From Candidatus Eiseniibacteriota bacterium (GTDB lineage Bacteria > Eisenbacteria > RBG-16-71-46): a stretch of 64,000 nt of DNA. Positions 21,814 through 33,300 of the stretch are shown one piece after another. The stretch lies in the NCBI GenBank assembly GCA_044223005.1, contig JBGAML010000016.1, forward strand, positions 1 to 64,000, read 5' to 3'. The position numbers and the translations under genes are program-made. The notes below the pieces were generated by a model. That model was not told the DNA's origin. It did no database searches and saw only the letters and a program-made list of their open reading frames with translations. Every line of letters begins with the position of its first letter. Within the stretch, counting starts at the first letter, position 1.

Positions 21814-23217
21814 TTGAAATCCCGTCTGCTCGTGGCCGCGCTGGCGGCCCTGCTCGTCACCGCGCTCGCGGGCGTGGCGCAGGCGCGCAACCCCCATTGC
21901 GCCGGTGGCATCCAGTACGTCGTGCAGGGACTGCGCGACAAGGAGAAGGGCAACACCGAGGACTACCTGCGCGAGATGAACAAGGCGGTCCAGCAGCTCG
22001 AGATGGGCGCCGAGGAAGACCCCGCCGACTACGAGGCGCAGGGCTACCTCGGGCAGGCCTACGCCGAGCTCGACAGCGCCGCCGCCGCGGGGCGGTGGTT
22101 CGCGAAGGCGCTCTCCGCGGCGCAGGCGAAGGAAGACAAGAAGAAGGTCGAGGTGATCCTCGCCAACCGCGACCACTACTGGTCGATCGCGTACAACGAC
22201 GGCATCAAGGCGATCCAGGACGCGCAGGCGCTGGCCGACGCGGGCAGCAAGGACGAAGCCGGCAAGCAGTTCGCGAGCGCGATCCACAAGCTCGAGAGCG
22301 CCTCGCAGCTGCGCGTCGCGCACCCGGCCACGATCCGCAATCTCGCGACGGCGTACGCCCTCTCGGGCGACTACGACGGTTCGGAGCGCGTGCTGACCGC
22401 GGGCCTGCAGGCCGCGGCCGCGGACACCGCGGCGCACGTGCTGTCGGACGCGCTCAAGACCGTTCGCCAGAACAAGGCCGGGCAGCTGCTCGAGGCCAAG
22501 AAGTTCGACGAGGCGATCGCGTACTACAACGAGCTCGTGAAGGCCGAGCCCAACAACGGCGACCTGTGGATGGGCCTGGGCAACGCGTACTTCAGCCGCG
22601 CGCAGGCGGCGCCCGAGGCGTCGCGCAAGGGCGACTACAAGCTCTCCGGTGACGCGTACGCCAAGGCCTACGCGGCCAAGCCGACCGACCACAACCTCGC
22701 GTTCAACGCCGCGCTCGCGTACCAGAACGCGAACGAGCTGGCGCTGGCCGAGGGCCAGTGGCGCGCCGTGCTCAAGGGCACGCCGGACGACGCCGACGCG
22801 CTCTCGAGCCTCGGCTCGGTGCTCGCCGACGAGAAGAAGTACGACGAGGCGGCGCAGGTGCTGCAGCGCGCGGTCGAGATCAAGCCGGAAGAGAAGATCT
22901 ACTTCCGCCAGCTCGCGGCCGTGTTCAGCAAGCAGGGCAACAGCGGCAAGACGACCGAGATGATGTTCGTCTACCTGCCCATGGCCAACGGCACGGCGCA
23001 GGCGGACGCGGGTGGTGCGGCGAAGGCGTGGGCCAAGGCGGGCACCGCGGCGGCTAACACGCTCGGCTCGATGGGCGCGCCGGAGAAGGTCTTCAACTGG
23101 ACCGACAACACCGCCGGCAACCTGCAGACCTGGATGTACGGTTCCAAGCGCCTGGCCTTCACGTTCAGCACGGCGGGCGCCCTGATCCAGAAGTCGGACT
23201 GGAACGCGAAGAAGTGA
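21814..23217 (+). CDS. Secreted tetratricopeptide-repeat protein
   Basis: TTG start after AAGGAGG; signal peptide ending AQA; multiple TPR-like repeats. Confidence 0.82.
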   Translation: MKSRLLVAALAALLVTALAGVAQARNPHCAGGIQYVVQGLRDKEKGNTEDYLREMNKAVQQLEMGAEEDPADYEAQGYLGQAYAELDSAAAAGRWFAKALSAAQAKEDKKKVEVILANRDHYWSIAYNDGIKAIQDAQALADAGSKDEAGKQFASAIHKLESASQLRVAHPATIRNLATAYALSGDYDGSERVLTAGLQAAAADTAAHVLSDALKTVRQNKAGQLLEAKKFDEAIAYYNELVKAEPNNGDLWMGLGNAYFSRAQAAPEASRKGDYKLSGDAYAKAYAAKPTDHNLAFNAALAYQNANELALAEGQWRAVLKGTPDDADALSSLGSVLADEKKYDEAAQVLQRAVEIKPEEKIYFRQLAAVFSKQGNSGKTTEMMFVYLPMANGTAQADAGGAAKAWAKAGTAAANTLGSMGAPEKVFNWTDNTAGNLQTWMYGSKRLAFTFSTAGALIQKSDWNAKK

Positions 23218-23322
23218 CGTGCGACTCCGCGGCCGCGCCGCGGGCGTTGCGATGAAGCTCGCGGCCTCCGGGCACCCGCCCCGGAGGCCGCGGCGTTTCC
23301 GTGCGGGAGCGAGGAACGCTCG

Positions 23323-24267
23323 ATGAGCGCCAGCCGCTGGAGCGACGGTCCCGTCGCGGTGATCGGCTACGGCAACCAGGGCGCCGCGCATGCGCTCAAC
23401 CTGCGTGACGCCGGCGCGCGCGTCGTGGTCGGCGCGCGGCCCGGCCGCGGCGCCGAAGCGCGTGCGAAGGCCGCGGGCTTCGCGACGCTGGCGCCGGCCG
23501 AGGCGATCGCCGGCGCGGCAGTCGTCGCGGTGCTCGTGCCCGACGAGGCGGCGCCGGCGCTGTGGAGCGAGGCGGGCGGTGCGCTCGCCGCGGGCGCGGC
23601 GGTGGTGTTCGCGCACGGCTTCAACCTGCTGTACGGCGCGCTCGCGTTTCGCCCCGACGCCGATGTGGTGCTGGTCGCGCCCACCGGACCCGGGCGCGTC
23701 GTGCGCCAGCTCGGCGAGCGCGGCGAGGGCCTGCCCGCGTACCTCGCGGTGCACCAGGACGGCACCGGCCGCGCGGCCGCGCGCAGCGAGGCGTACGCGC
23801 GCGCACTCGGCTGCACGCGGCTCTGGCCGACCACCGTGCGCGAGGAGACGGAAGTGGACCTGTTCGGCGAGCAGACCGTGCTCTGCGGTGGCATGAACGC
23901 GCTCGTCACCGCCGCGTTCGAGACGCTGGTCGCCGCGGGCTACTCGCCGGAGATCGCGTACCTCGAGTGCGTGCACCAGCTCAAGTACCTCGCGGACCTG
24001 CTGCACGAGCGCGGCGTCACCGGCATGCGCGAGGGCATCAGCGGCACCGCGCTCTACGGCGACGTCACGCGCGGTCCCCGCGTGATCGGCCCCGCTGCAC
24101 GCGAGGCGATGACGCGGGCGCTCGCCGAGATCCGCGACGGCTCCTTCGCGCGCGAACTCGCCGCCGAGGTCGCGGCCGGCCGCCCGGTCACCACGCGCGA
24201 AGTCGAGCGCGGCCGGGCGCACCCGATGGAGGCCGCGCGGGCGCGGGCGCTGGGCGAGACAAGGTGA
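23323..24267 (+). CDS. ilvC: Ketol-acid reductoisomerase
   Basis: VIGYGNQG.AHALNLRD, FAHGFN, ETEVDLFGEQTVLCGG, AYLEC. Confidence 0.93.
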   Translation: MSASRWSDGPVAVIGYGNQGAAHALNLRDAGARVVVGARPGRGAEARAKAAGFATLAPAEAIAGAAVVAVLVPDEAAPALWSEAGGALAAGAAVVFAHGFNLLYGALAFRPDADVVLVAPTGPGRVVRQLGERGEGLPAYLAVHQDGTGRAAARSEAYARALGCTRLWPTTVREETEVDLFGEQTVLCGGMNALVTAAFETLVAAGYSPEIAYLECVHQLKYLADLLHERGVTGMREGISGTALYGDVTRGPRVIGPAAREAMTRALAEIRDGSFARELAAEVAAGRPVTTREVERGRAHPMEAARARALGETR

Positions 24268-24278
24268 GCCTGCGCTGC

Positions 24279-27200
24279 TCAGTGCGGCCGCGATAGCTCG
24301 ACGCGATCCCCGAGGATTACCGCGGGAGCCCAGTAGTAGGGCGAACGGGCCGCTGTGTGCTCGATCATCTCGCACCGTGCGAGCGCGAGCGCCTCGTCTG
24401 CGGGACGGCCCTCCGCGAGCAGTCGCTCGTAAAACCCCGTAACGAGTTTCGTGCCCCAGCGGTCGTCGAGCGGCCAGAGCGTGAAGAGCACTCCGCGAGC
24501 GCCCGCGGCGAGGAATGCACGAGGCAGGCCGAGGACACCCTCACCCCGAGCGACGTCCGCGACTCCGCTCTCGCACGCCGAGAGCGTGACGAACCGCGCG
24601 CCGACGTGAAGTTCCGCGATGTCACGAGGCGTGACCCGGCGTGCCCCGCTCGAACCCTCACCCGCAAACCAAAGCGCCGGCGGTTCGGTCTCGCGGCCCG
24701 GCTCGCCGTGCGTGCCCACGTGGACGAGCGTGGCACGATCGAGGCCGGACTCGCGCAGGGCGTTCCACGTCGCCTCCCTGCCAGCGAGCATCGTCACGCG
24801 TCCCGGTCCGGCGAGTGCCGCGAGCTGCTGTGCCTCGTCCCTCGCGCCGGGCAGCGGGGGGAGCCGCGTCGCCTCTGTCCCGAGCGCCGGATCGGCCACG
24901 GCCAGCACTCTCAGCGGCGTGATCGTGGGCGCGGGAGCCAGGACCCAGCGCGCAGAGGGCAGGTACGTCGTCGCGAAACGTTGCGCCAGCCACGCACCCT
25001 TTCCGCCGCTCGCGCGGGTATCCCGGAAGACCTCGAACGGCACGAGCCCGAGCGGGCCATCGGCCGCGATTCGGAGCGTGCGGATGCCGTCGAGGGATCG
25101 GCCGGCGGGCGCGACCAGCCGGCGGTAGAGCTCGGCAAACGTGGCTCGAGCGGCCTCGCCTCCCGCCCGCTCCGGAGTCGCGAGGTCCCGGCGGGCCTGC
25201 TCGAGCAAGGGCAACAACACCGCCCGCCGGGCGAGAACATGTGCATGCATGCCGTCGCGTCGGATCACCCATAACCAAGACGCCGAGTCCCCCAGCATGT
25301 AGTAGAGCAACGCCTCGTGAAGTCCAAGTCGCTGGCTCACGTCGGAGACCTTCGTCGGTGCCGCCCGCGCCGGGTTGCGCCGATTCGCCTCGAGCAGGTC
25401 GTCGAGGGACCGAGCGCGGGCGCGCTCGGCCCATTGGAAGGCCTCCGCGGCATGCCCGCGGCCGGGCTCCCGCCGCTCCAGGGCGAACAGCGTGCCGATG
25501 ACGGCCTCGAAGGCGTCCACCCGTGCGCCGAGGGCGCGGATGCGGAAACTCTCGGACTGCTGGTCCGCGCGCAGCGTGTCCACCCGCTCCGCCGCCTCCC
25601 GGTGGAGTGCCAGTGCCGCTTCCAGGTTTCCGCGGCGCTCGATCGCGTCGCCGAGTCCCAGCAGTGACACCGGGATCAGCGCGGTGAGCCTGCGGGACCG
25701 GACGTCGTCCAGCGCACCTCGCAGCACGGCCAGGGCCGAATCGGGAAGCCGGCTCGCTTGCAGTGCCCAGCCGAGGTTGATCGCATCGCCGAGCCGCTGT
25801 TCGTCCGTGACTCCGCGGCGGATCCTCACCGCCTCCGTCGCCCAGCGCGTGGCCTCGCGAGGGTCCCCGAGCGCGCGCGCCTGATCGAATCGGGTGACGG
25901 CGACGTCGTGCATCCCGGTGCTGTCACGAGTCGAGTCGGCGATGGCCCAGGCCCGTCGGGCGGCCGCTCGTGCGAGGCCGGGCGAGTGCAGCGCGAAGTG
26001 CGCGATGGCGAGGTTGTTCAGCGACTTGATCTCGATCGCGAAGTCACCGAGCGACTCCGCGGCGGCGCGGGCCTGCTGCAAGGGCGCAAGTGCCGCGCGC
26101 GGGTCCGGCACCAGGAGCAGTGCCTGGCCCAGCACCAACCGCGCCCGCATGACGGCTTCGGCATTCGAGGCGGCGCGGCCACACGACACCGCGAGCCGGA
26201 GTTCGCGGACCGCCGCCTCGTAGCGCCCCGCCTGGCGCAGGGCATCGCCACGATTCAAGCGGATTGCGGATTCATCTTTGGGGGAGGGTGCGAGCGCGAG
26301 CGCGCGCTCCGAGACGGTCATCGCCCGCTCGATGCGGCCGGCGTTCCCCAGCACGCCGGAGTAAAGCGTGAGGACTTCGGCGAGACGGACACTGTCGCCC
26401 AGCGCCGTCAGTTTCGTGATCGCCCCTTCGAAGGCGGGGATGGCCTCCTCGCGGTCTCCACTCTGGCCGAGAAGCTGCGCCAGCCGGGACTCGGTCGTTG
26501 CGGCCTGGGCATCGAAGTGGTGCTCGACGCGAATCGCCAACGACGCGCGGTACCATGCCGCGGCGGAGTCGGGCTGGCCGCGCTGCTCCGCGACGAGGCC
26601 GAGATCGAACAGTGTGTTGCCGATCAGGCGGGGATCACCTGCTTCCCGGCGGGCTCGCAGCGCGAGCCGGTCGACGCTGTCGGCGAGCGAGAGTTGCGGT
26701 CCACCAGCACGAATCCAGTACGCGCCCTGCGTGCCGAGCAGCACGGCTTCGCGCCGGGATTCCCCGATCCCGTGGTAGAGGCCGATCACCGGTCCCAGCG
26801 CTTCGGCGCGGAGGATGTACGTGGGCTGCGCCAGCGCCGCCGATTCGGCACGCGCCGCTTCCACGAGACTGCGAATCCGGGACTCGTCCCAGCTCGCGAG
26901 CCGCCGCAGCGCCGGGCCCGCGATGCGGGAGCCGGGCCCGGAAGGTTCCGCGTCGGCGATGCGCTGGAGCGCTCGCCCGGTGGAATCGCTCGTCCCGCCG
27001 CCTGGCCGCCAGCCGCCGCGCAGCATCCGGACGAGCAGTGCATTCCAGCGATTCTCGAACGCCGGTCCGCTCGCGCGCAGCGAATCGGCCAGAAGGCTGT
27101 CGGGGAGCGTGAGCCAGGGGTGTCCGAGCCCCGCCGCGGCAGTCGGGAGGGAGCGAAGCAGGAGGATCAGCGTGAGCGCGGCGATCCGAGTCGGCCTCAT
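24279..27200 (-). CDS. TPR-CHAT (caspase/separase-like) protease with N-terminal signal peptide
   Basis: AERARAR, LYRRLVAP, DGPL..VPFE, catalytic HVGTHG and LSACESG, TLW.LDD, PYYWA; N-terminus MRPTRIAALTLILLLRSLPTAAA. Confidence 0.9.
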   Translation of the reverse strand: MRPTRIAALTLILLLRSLPTAAAGLGHPWLTLPDSLLADSLRASGPAFENRWNALLVRMLRGGWRPGGGTSDSTGRALQRIADAEPSGPGSRIAGPALRRLASWDESRIRSLVEAARAESAALAQPTYILRAEALGPVIGLYHGIGESRREAVLLGTQGAYWIRAGGPQLSLADSVDRLALRARREAGDPRLIGNTLFDLGLVAEQRGQPDSAAAWYRASLAIRVEHHFDAQAATTESRLAQLLGQSGDREEAIPAFEGAITKLTALGDSVRLAEVLTLYSGVLGNAGRIERAMTVSERALALAPSPKDESAIRLNRGDALRQAGRYEAAVRELRLAVSCGRAASNAEAVMRARLVLGQALLLVPDPRAALAPLQQARAAAESLGDFAIEIKSLNNLAIAHFALHSPGLARAAARRAWAIADSTRDSTGMHDVAVTRFDQARALGDPREATRWATEAVRIRRGVTDEQRLGDAINLGWALQASRLPDSALAVLRGALDDVRSRRLTALIPVSLLGLGDAIERRGNLEAALALHREAAERVDTLRADQQSESFRIRALGARVDAFEAVIGTLFALERREPGRGHAAEAFQWAERARARSLDDLLEANRRNPARAAPTKVSDVSQRLGLHEALLYYMLGDSASWLWVIRRDGMHAHVLARRAVLLPLLEQARRDLATPERAGGEAARATFAELYRRLVAPAGRSLDGIRTLRIAADGPLGLVPFEVFRDTRASGGKGAWLAQRFATTYLPSARWVLAPAPTITPLRVLAVADPALGTEATRLPPLPGARDEAQQLAALAGPGRVTMLAGREATWNALRESGLDRATLVHVGTHGEPGRETEPPALWFAGEGSSGARRVTPRDIAELHVGARFVTLSACESGVADVARGEGVLGLPRAFLAAGARGVLFTLWPLDDRWGTKLVTGFYERLLAEGRPADEALALARCEMIEHTAARSPYYWAPAVILGDRVELSRPH

Positions 27201-27300
27201 GGTCCCGCCTGCGGGCGTCGCACGGCCGCGCTTCATCGGGGCCCGGCGGCCGTGCACGCTCGCGGCCGTCGCGCACCACGCGACGACGGCGGGCCGGAAC

Positions 27301-30300
27301 TTAGCGCAGGAGCACCACCCGACGCACGGCCTCCTCGCCCGCCATGCGGAGCCGGACGAAGAAGACGCCGGCACCGACGGCCTCGCCTCGTGCGTTCTCG
27401 CCGCGCCACGTGCTGTCGTGCGGGCCGGCGTCCTGCGGTCCATGGGCCAGCATCCGCACACGACGCCCGGCGAGATCGAACACTTCGAGCGACGCGTCGC
27501 CCGCGCGCGCCAGCGACCAGCGCACACGCACCACGTCGCGCGCAGGGTTCGGGTCGAGTGGCTCGAGTGCGAACCTCGGCGCGTCGGGCGGTGCGCTCGT
27601 GACCCGCACGACCTGAAGCGGTCCGACGATGCCGGCACGGCCGAACGCGAGCGTGTCGGCGCGCACGCTGTCCGACTCGACCACGGCGAGCACGACGCTG
27701 TCGGCGTTCGCCGGAACCTGCCAGTTCGCCTGGCCGAGGTCGGCCACCAGGCCGCCGACCAAGGTCCACGACGCACCACCGTCGAGCGACTGCAGCAGCG
27801 AGGCTCGCGCGCCGAGTGCGCTCGTCGTGGGCGTCCAGCGTACGATCACGCGCGCGCCCGCCGCCAGCACCTGGCCCGATCCGGGTTGCGTGATCGGTAC
27901 ACGCCGAAGCGCTGTGGAGTCCTGCGCCACGAACGGGCGGCCGTTGACCTGTCCGGTGCACGTGACGAACGTGGAGTCCCCGCTTGATCCGTTCGCCATC
28001 AGCCTGTCCCGGCGCACGTCCAACGAGAGCGCGCCATCCGCGGTGAGGCTGGCCGATGACGGCCAGGGCGAGGAGCCCCCCACGACGACACTGCCGAGCT
28101 CGACCTGCGAGGAGCGGTAGGGCAGGGGCATCCGCAGGCTTACCGAAACGCGGTTGAATCGGGGTGTGAGCAGGATCGGTGACGGATGGGCCGTGACGGA
28201 TGCGACGAGCGCGGGAGCCCCCGGCACGTTCAGCAGCGTCACGGTGCCGTCCCCGGAGTTCGCGACCAGCGCGAAGCCGCCCTGCGGAGACAGGCCGATA
28301 CCTTCCGGCTGGCGGCCCACCGCCAGGGTATCCGTCGCTGTTGCGCTCGCTCCGGCTCCGGTGCTCGAGCCGTCGCGGGAGAGCGTGCCGCCGGAGATTC
28401 GGAACACGAGCACGGCGTTCCCAGTCGTGAGCGTCACGTACGCGGTCGTGCCGTCGGGCGTGATCACGATGCCCTTGGTTCCCGATCCCGTGTTGACCGT
28501 CGCCACGACCTGGTACTGCTGCGGGCCGGTCGCGAGCACGACCAGCACGAGACGGCCGTCGTCGGTCAGGGCCAACGCCAGCGTGCCGTCCGGGGTGATG
28601 ACGACGCCCTTGGTTCCGGAGCCGGTGTTCACTGTGGCGACCACCGCGCGGCTCGCGACGTCCACGATCACGAGCCCGCCGGCTGTCGCGACCACGGCGC
28701 GGCCGCCGTCGGGCGTGATCACGACGCCCTTGGTGCCCGACCCGGTGTTCACCGTGGCTACGACCTGATGAAACGTCGCGCTGGAGGCACGGGCGTCGAT
28801 CACGCTGAGCGAACCGTTCCCCTGGCACGCGACGAAGACGCGAGGGCCGACTGCGGAAACCGCCACCGCGACCGGATCGGCACCCACCGGGATCGTGCCG
28901 ATCACGCGGTGATACGACGGCGACCCGGGACCCGAGATGTCGATCACGCTCACGTCGCCGCCGCCGCGGTTGGCCACGTAGGCACGCGGCGTCGAGCCCG
29001 ACCACAGGGCGATCGCCTCGGGCCCGATCCCGACCGGGATGAGCGCGAACACCTTCAGGCTGTCGATCCGCACCGCGAACACCGTGTTGAGCGTCGGGTT
29101 CGTCACGTACGCCCGCGCACCGTCGGGCGTGATGGCGAGATCGCGCATGCCCTGCGAGGCCAGGATGCTGTCTTGGACGGTGCTGCCGGAGGTGTCGCGC
29201 TGGAGCACGTGGAATGAGATCCGATTGCTCTCTGCGGCGCCCACCTTCACCCACACGTCGCCGCTAGTCGCTCCCAGCGGCACGCGCGCGATCAGGCCGT
29301 TCTCTGCGACCGTCAGCACCGGCGCCGGGACTCCGTTCACGAATACGACATTTTGCGCCGGCGATGCGCTGAATCCGCGACCGGTGATCACGAGCGATGC
29401 TCCCGAGGGCGCGGCCGTCGGCGTGATGGCATCCAGCGAGAGGTTCTGAGCTGCTTCGACGGTAAACTCTATCCTCAGGGAATCGGCAAGTGTGTGGAAG
29501 AACGAGTCGAGCGCGCCGCTCGCCAACTCGAGCTGCCCTCGAGCCCCGTGCGGCAGTCCGGTCGATGGGCGGAAGATCATCAGCCGACCAGAGTCTTGCA
29601 GTTCGTACCGACCCGCAATTGCAGACCCCCCGATGGAAACGCCGAGCCGCTGGGCCACGCTGGTCGAGTCCATCGCCTTGCTGAAGCGAACGTACACCGG
29701 GGACGCCACGTCCAGTGGCGGGCTGCCCGGGGCGGGCCCGAACGCGAGGATCACCGGTGCCGCTGCGGAATCCGTCTGCACGGCCGTCGCGCTGAACACC
29801 ACCGTGTCCACAACTCCGGGAAGCGTCACACTCACGTGATAGCTGCCGCTTGCCTCCGGCAAGGTCCAGTTCGCTGCGGCGGCTCCACTCGCATCCGTCA
29901 CGATCTGCACCGCACTGCCCGCGGACGCATCTTCGAGATGGCCATCCGCCGCACTCGCCGGCTCGAAGCGGACGACGGCTCCGGTCACTGGGGAATTCGC
30001 TGCGTCGAAGACCCGTACTCGGATCGGCTGTGCAAGCGATGCGCCGGGAGCGCCCAGTTGCGACCCGCCCTGGACCTGGGCCAGGTGTGTCGGGGCGCTC
30101 ATGTCGAATTGGACGAGCGTGTCGGGCGCGAAGTTGTTGTTGAATCCGGACAGCCCTCCCCAGAGTTGGCGGCGGTCGGGGCTGCACTTCAGCAACTGGA
30201 GATTGGGAACCGCCGCGAACTTGGTTACGGCCGGGGTCGGGGACGCGAGATCGAGGACCGAGATGGAATCCTGATCCGGGAAAGCGATGAGGACGCTGGC

Positions 30301-33300
30301 GGGATCGGGGCCCGCGCAGGCGGCATACGTGTAGGGAACGCCTGCAGCGATTGGGAGCGGGCCATGGAAACGCTCTACGCCGATGGGGCCACGGGTGGGA
30401 TCGAGGTTCCAGACCCCCACGTTGCCCGATTCGTCCCAGCTGGCCACGGCGCGGCCATCGCTCGAGAGGACGAGCAGGTCGAGGGCGTCGGGACGGGGCG
30501 TCGAGGACGCGCTGACTCGGCCCGTCTGCATATCGTAAAACCACACCCTGTCCTCGCCCGCAGCCACCAGCGTACGTCCGTCTCGCGCGGCGGCCAGTGC
30601 GTACGCGCCGTTCGGCTCGAAGCTGAGCGTGTCGCGGAGAGTGCCGTCGCGATTGAAGCGTGCGATTACGCCGTATCCCGATGCGATGGGCCCTCCGCTC
30701 AGTGGATCGATGGTCAACTCCCACAGCCAATCCACCGGGAGGTGGTCCTGGACGGTGGCAAGTCCACCGAACGCCGCACTGTGTGGATCCGTGTCGACGA
30801 CCATCAGCTTCTGGTAGCTGGCGACCCACAGCGACCGACCGTCATGGTTGTAGGTCAGCGAACTGGCGCCGGTCGGTAACAGAATCCGCGCGAGCGGGTG
30901 GTCGAGAGCGCCGTCGCCACGGCGGGTGGCACTCCAGAGGCTGATCGCCACCGGATTGGTCTCGAGGATCGCGAACTGGTCCCCGCTCGGCGAAACGGCC
31001 ATGCCGGAACTCGCGAACTGGGTCGAACTGGGCTGCCGGCTCACGAGTCTCGGGGATGTGCTCGAAGCGCCTCCAGCGAACTGGAACGCCGTGGGGGTGG
31101 ACCGTGCGCCGGTGGCACTCGTGAACGACACCGGGGCCACCAGGGCAGGCCCCGCAGGCACACGGAACGCGACGCCGGCGGTGTCGGTCGCCACGATGGG
31201 CACGTTCGATCCGCCGACGATCAAGCTCCCTCCGGGAGCCGACGCATCGATGTCCGTCGAGACCGTCACGAGGTCGCCGGGAACTCCGATCGCTGGCGTG
31301 GTCGCCGGGCCCAAGGAGGGGCGCACCGCCTGCGAACCCGCACTGCTCAGCCGGGCGCTGACGATGCGAAGGGCCGGCGATGCGCCGCCGTCGATCGCGA
31401 CCAGGGTCGAGCCGACTTCGTCGATCGCCATGGCCACCGCAGGCAGCGCCAGGTTGCCGAGAATTCCGTGATTGGGGTCGAAGGCCCACAACGTCGCGAA
31501 GTGGTTGGCGTAGTACGTTCCACCGTTCGGAGAGAGCGCAAGTGAGCTTGCGTCGATCGGCGCGACTACTGACCAATGGCCCGACGTGGTCGTCTCGAGG
31601 GTCGATGCGGGCGAGAGTTTCCGGGCCCATGACGCGTGCTGGGTCGCGATTCCTTGCGGGCGCTCGAAGGGCACGCGTGCAAGTACGATCGTGGAGTCAT
31701 CCGGTGCGACCTGGGCGCCGTAGTACGTGGCGGCTCCGGGCGATTCCGTGCTCAGGATCGTCACGCTGTCCGATTGCGGTGCGATGGCCAGCACTCGCAG
31801 GCTTCGGGTCGCCGCGATGATGGTGCCGGACGCTGCGAACGAGAGCGAGGCGAAGCCGCCGGCGCCCGGCACCGACAGTCGCGAAACGAGTTGGCCCCGC
31901 GCAATGCTCTGAGTGCTCACGTCCAGGATCGCGAGAGAATCGCCCACGGGCCCACACACGACGAGCCGCGTTCCATCGCGGGAAACCGCCAAGCGCCCAT
32001 CGGCACCCGTGGCGAAGCCTGGCACGGGAAACAGGGCGACGATCTCCCCGAACGATCCGCTGGTCGCGTTCGCATCCACGATCGCGACGCGACCATACTG
32101 AGGTTGCAGTAGGTAGAGTTCGCGGCCGTCGGGCGCGAGGGCGAGTCGAGCGGTTGGCCCGCAGGCATGCGCGGTGGAGCGCATGAAGGCTGTTCCGGCC
32201 AGGGGATCCAGTGAGACCGTTTCGATTCCGCTGGAGGTGGCTACAAAGACCCAGCGGCCATCCCTCGAGAGGACAAGGTCGGAAGGAGGCGCATAGAGGG
32301 GGACCGGAACAGGAACCATGGCGAGCAGGGTTGCCATCGAGTCCGGCAGCACTGCGATCGAATCCGGCAGGCTGCTTTCGTTGTTCAGGCGAACCGAGAC
32401 CGGCCCACTCCGGGCGCCGTCGGGCACGCGGATGGTCAGCGCATTGGCAGTTGACGACAGTACGGGCACGTCGATGGGATCGCAGCTGGGACAGCCAGCA
32501 AAGCGCACTGTCATCGCTCCGGCATTCGCAGGGTCGAACCCGGAACCGAGGATGGTCACGACGCCGCCGACCGGCGAGTGGCTCGGATTCAGTCCAGAGA
32601 TCGCTATCGTGCTACGAACCTCGGTGCGGAAACGGGCCACGTACGGGGATGCGAGGCCGACGCCGCCTGCGTCATGCAAGCTCGTCGTGATGGTCAATGT
32701 GTACGTCGTGTCATAGGCGAGCGCTTGGGCGGGTACGAAGACGAATCGCTGTCCGCCGGAAAGAAGCTGCCCGCGGCCGGCAACGCGGGCCGTGTCTCCA
32801 GCGAGCACGAGCCGGAACGCGCGCGCGAGGGAATCCGGAAAGACGGCCTCGCTGAAGTCCACGAGAATCGCCGTATCCACTCGAACGCCGGTCGTGTCCG
32901 CCACCGGAAGCACACGAACCACTTGCGGGGGAATCTGGTCGATGTTCGTGACCACGTAGATGCTGTCGACGAACTCGCCACTCCCGACGGCCAGTGGCGT
33001 CCAAACGCTTGGATCGTCCGACGCCGCTTCCGGAGCGCTGTACCACTCCGCCGGGAAGTCGACCTGTGCGCTCGCAGCGACGCGTTCACTGATCGCCGCA
33101 GGGATGACGCCCGGAATCGACCCGTCGAGCGGTTGTACTCGCACGGCGTAGGCGCCCGGGGGCAACCGTCGCAGCCCATACACACCGTGCTCGTCGGTAA
33201 AATCCGACGCGACCGTGTCGACGGGGACTCCCCCGACCAGCGGCACCGCAAGCACCAAGGCTCCGGGCACTGGTTGACCGTTGCTGCCACGCGTCACGCG

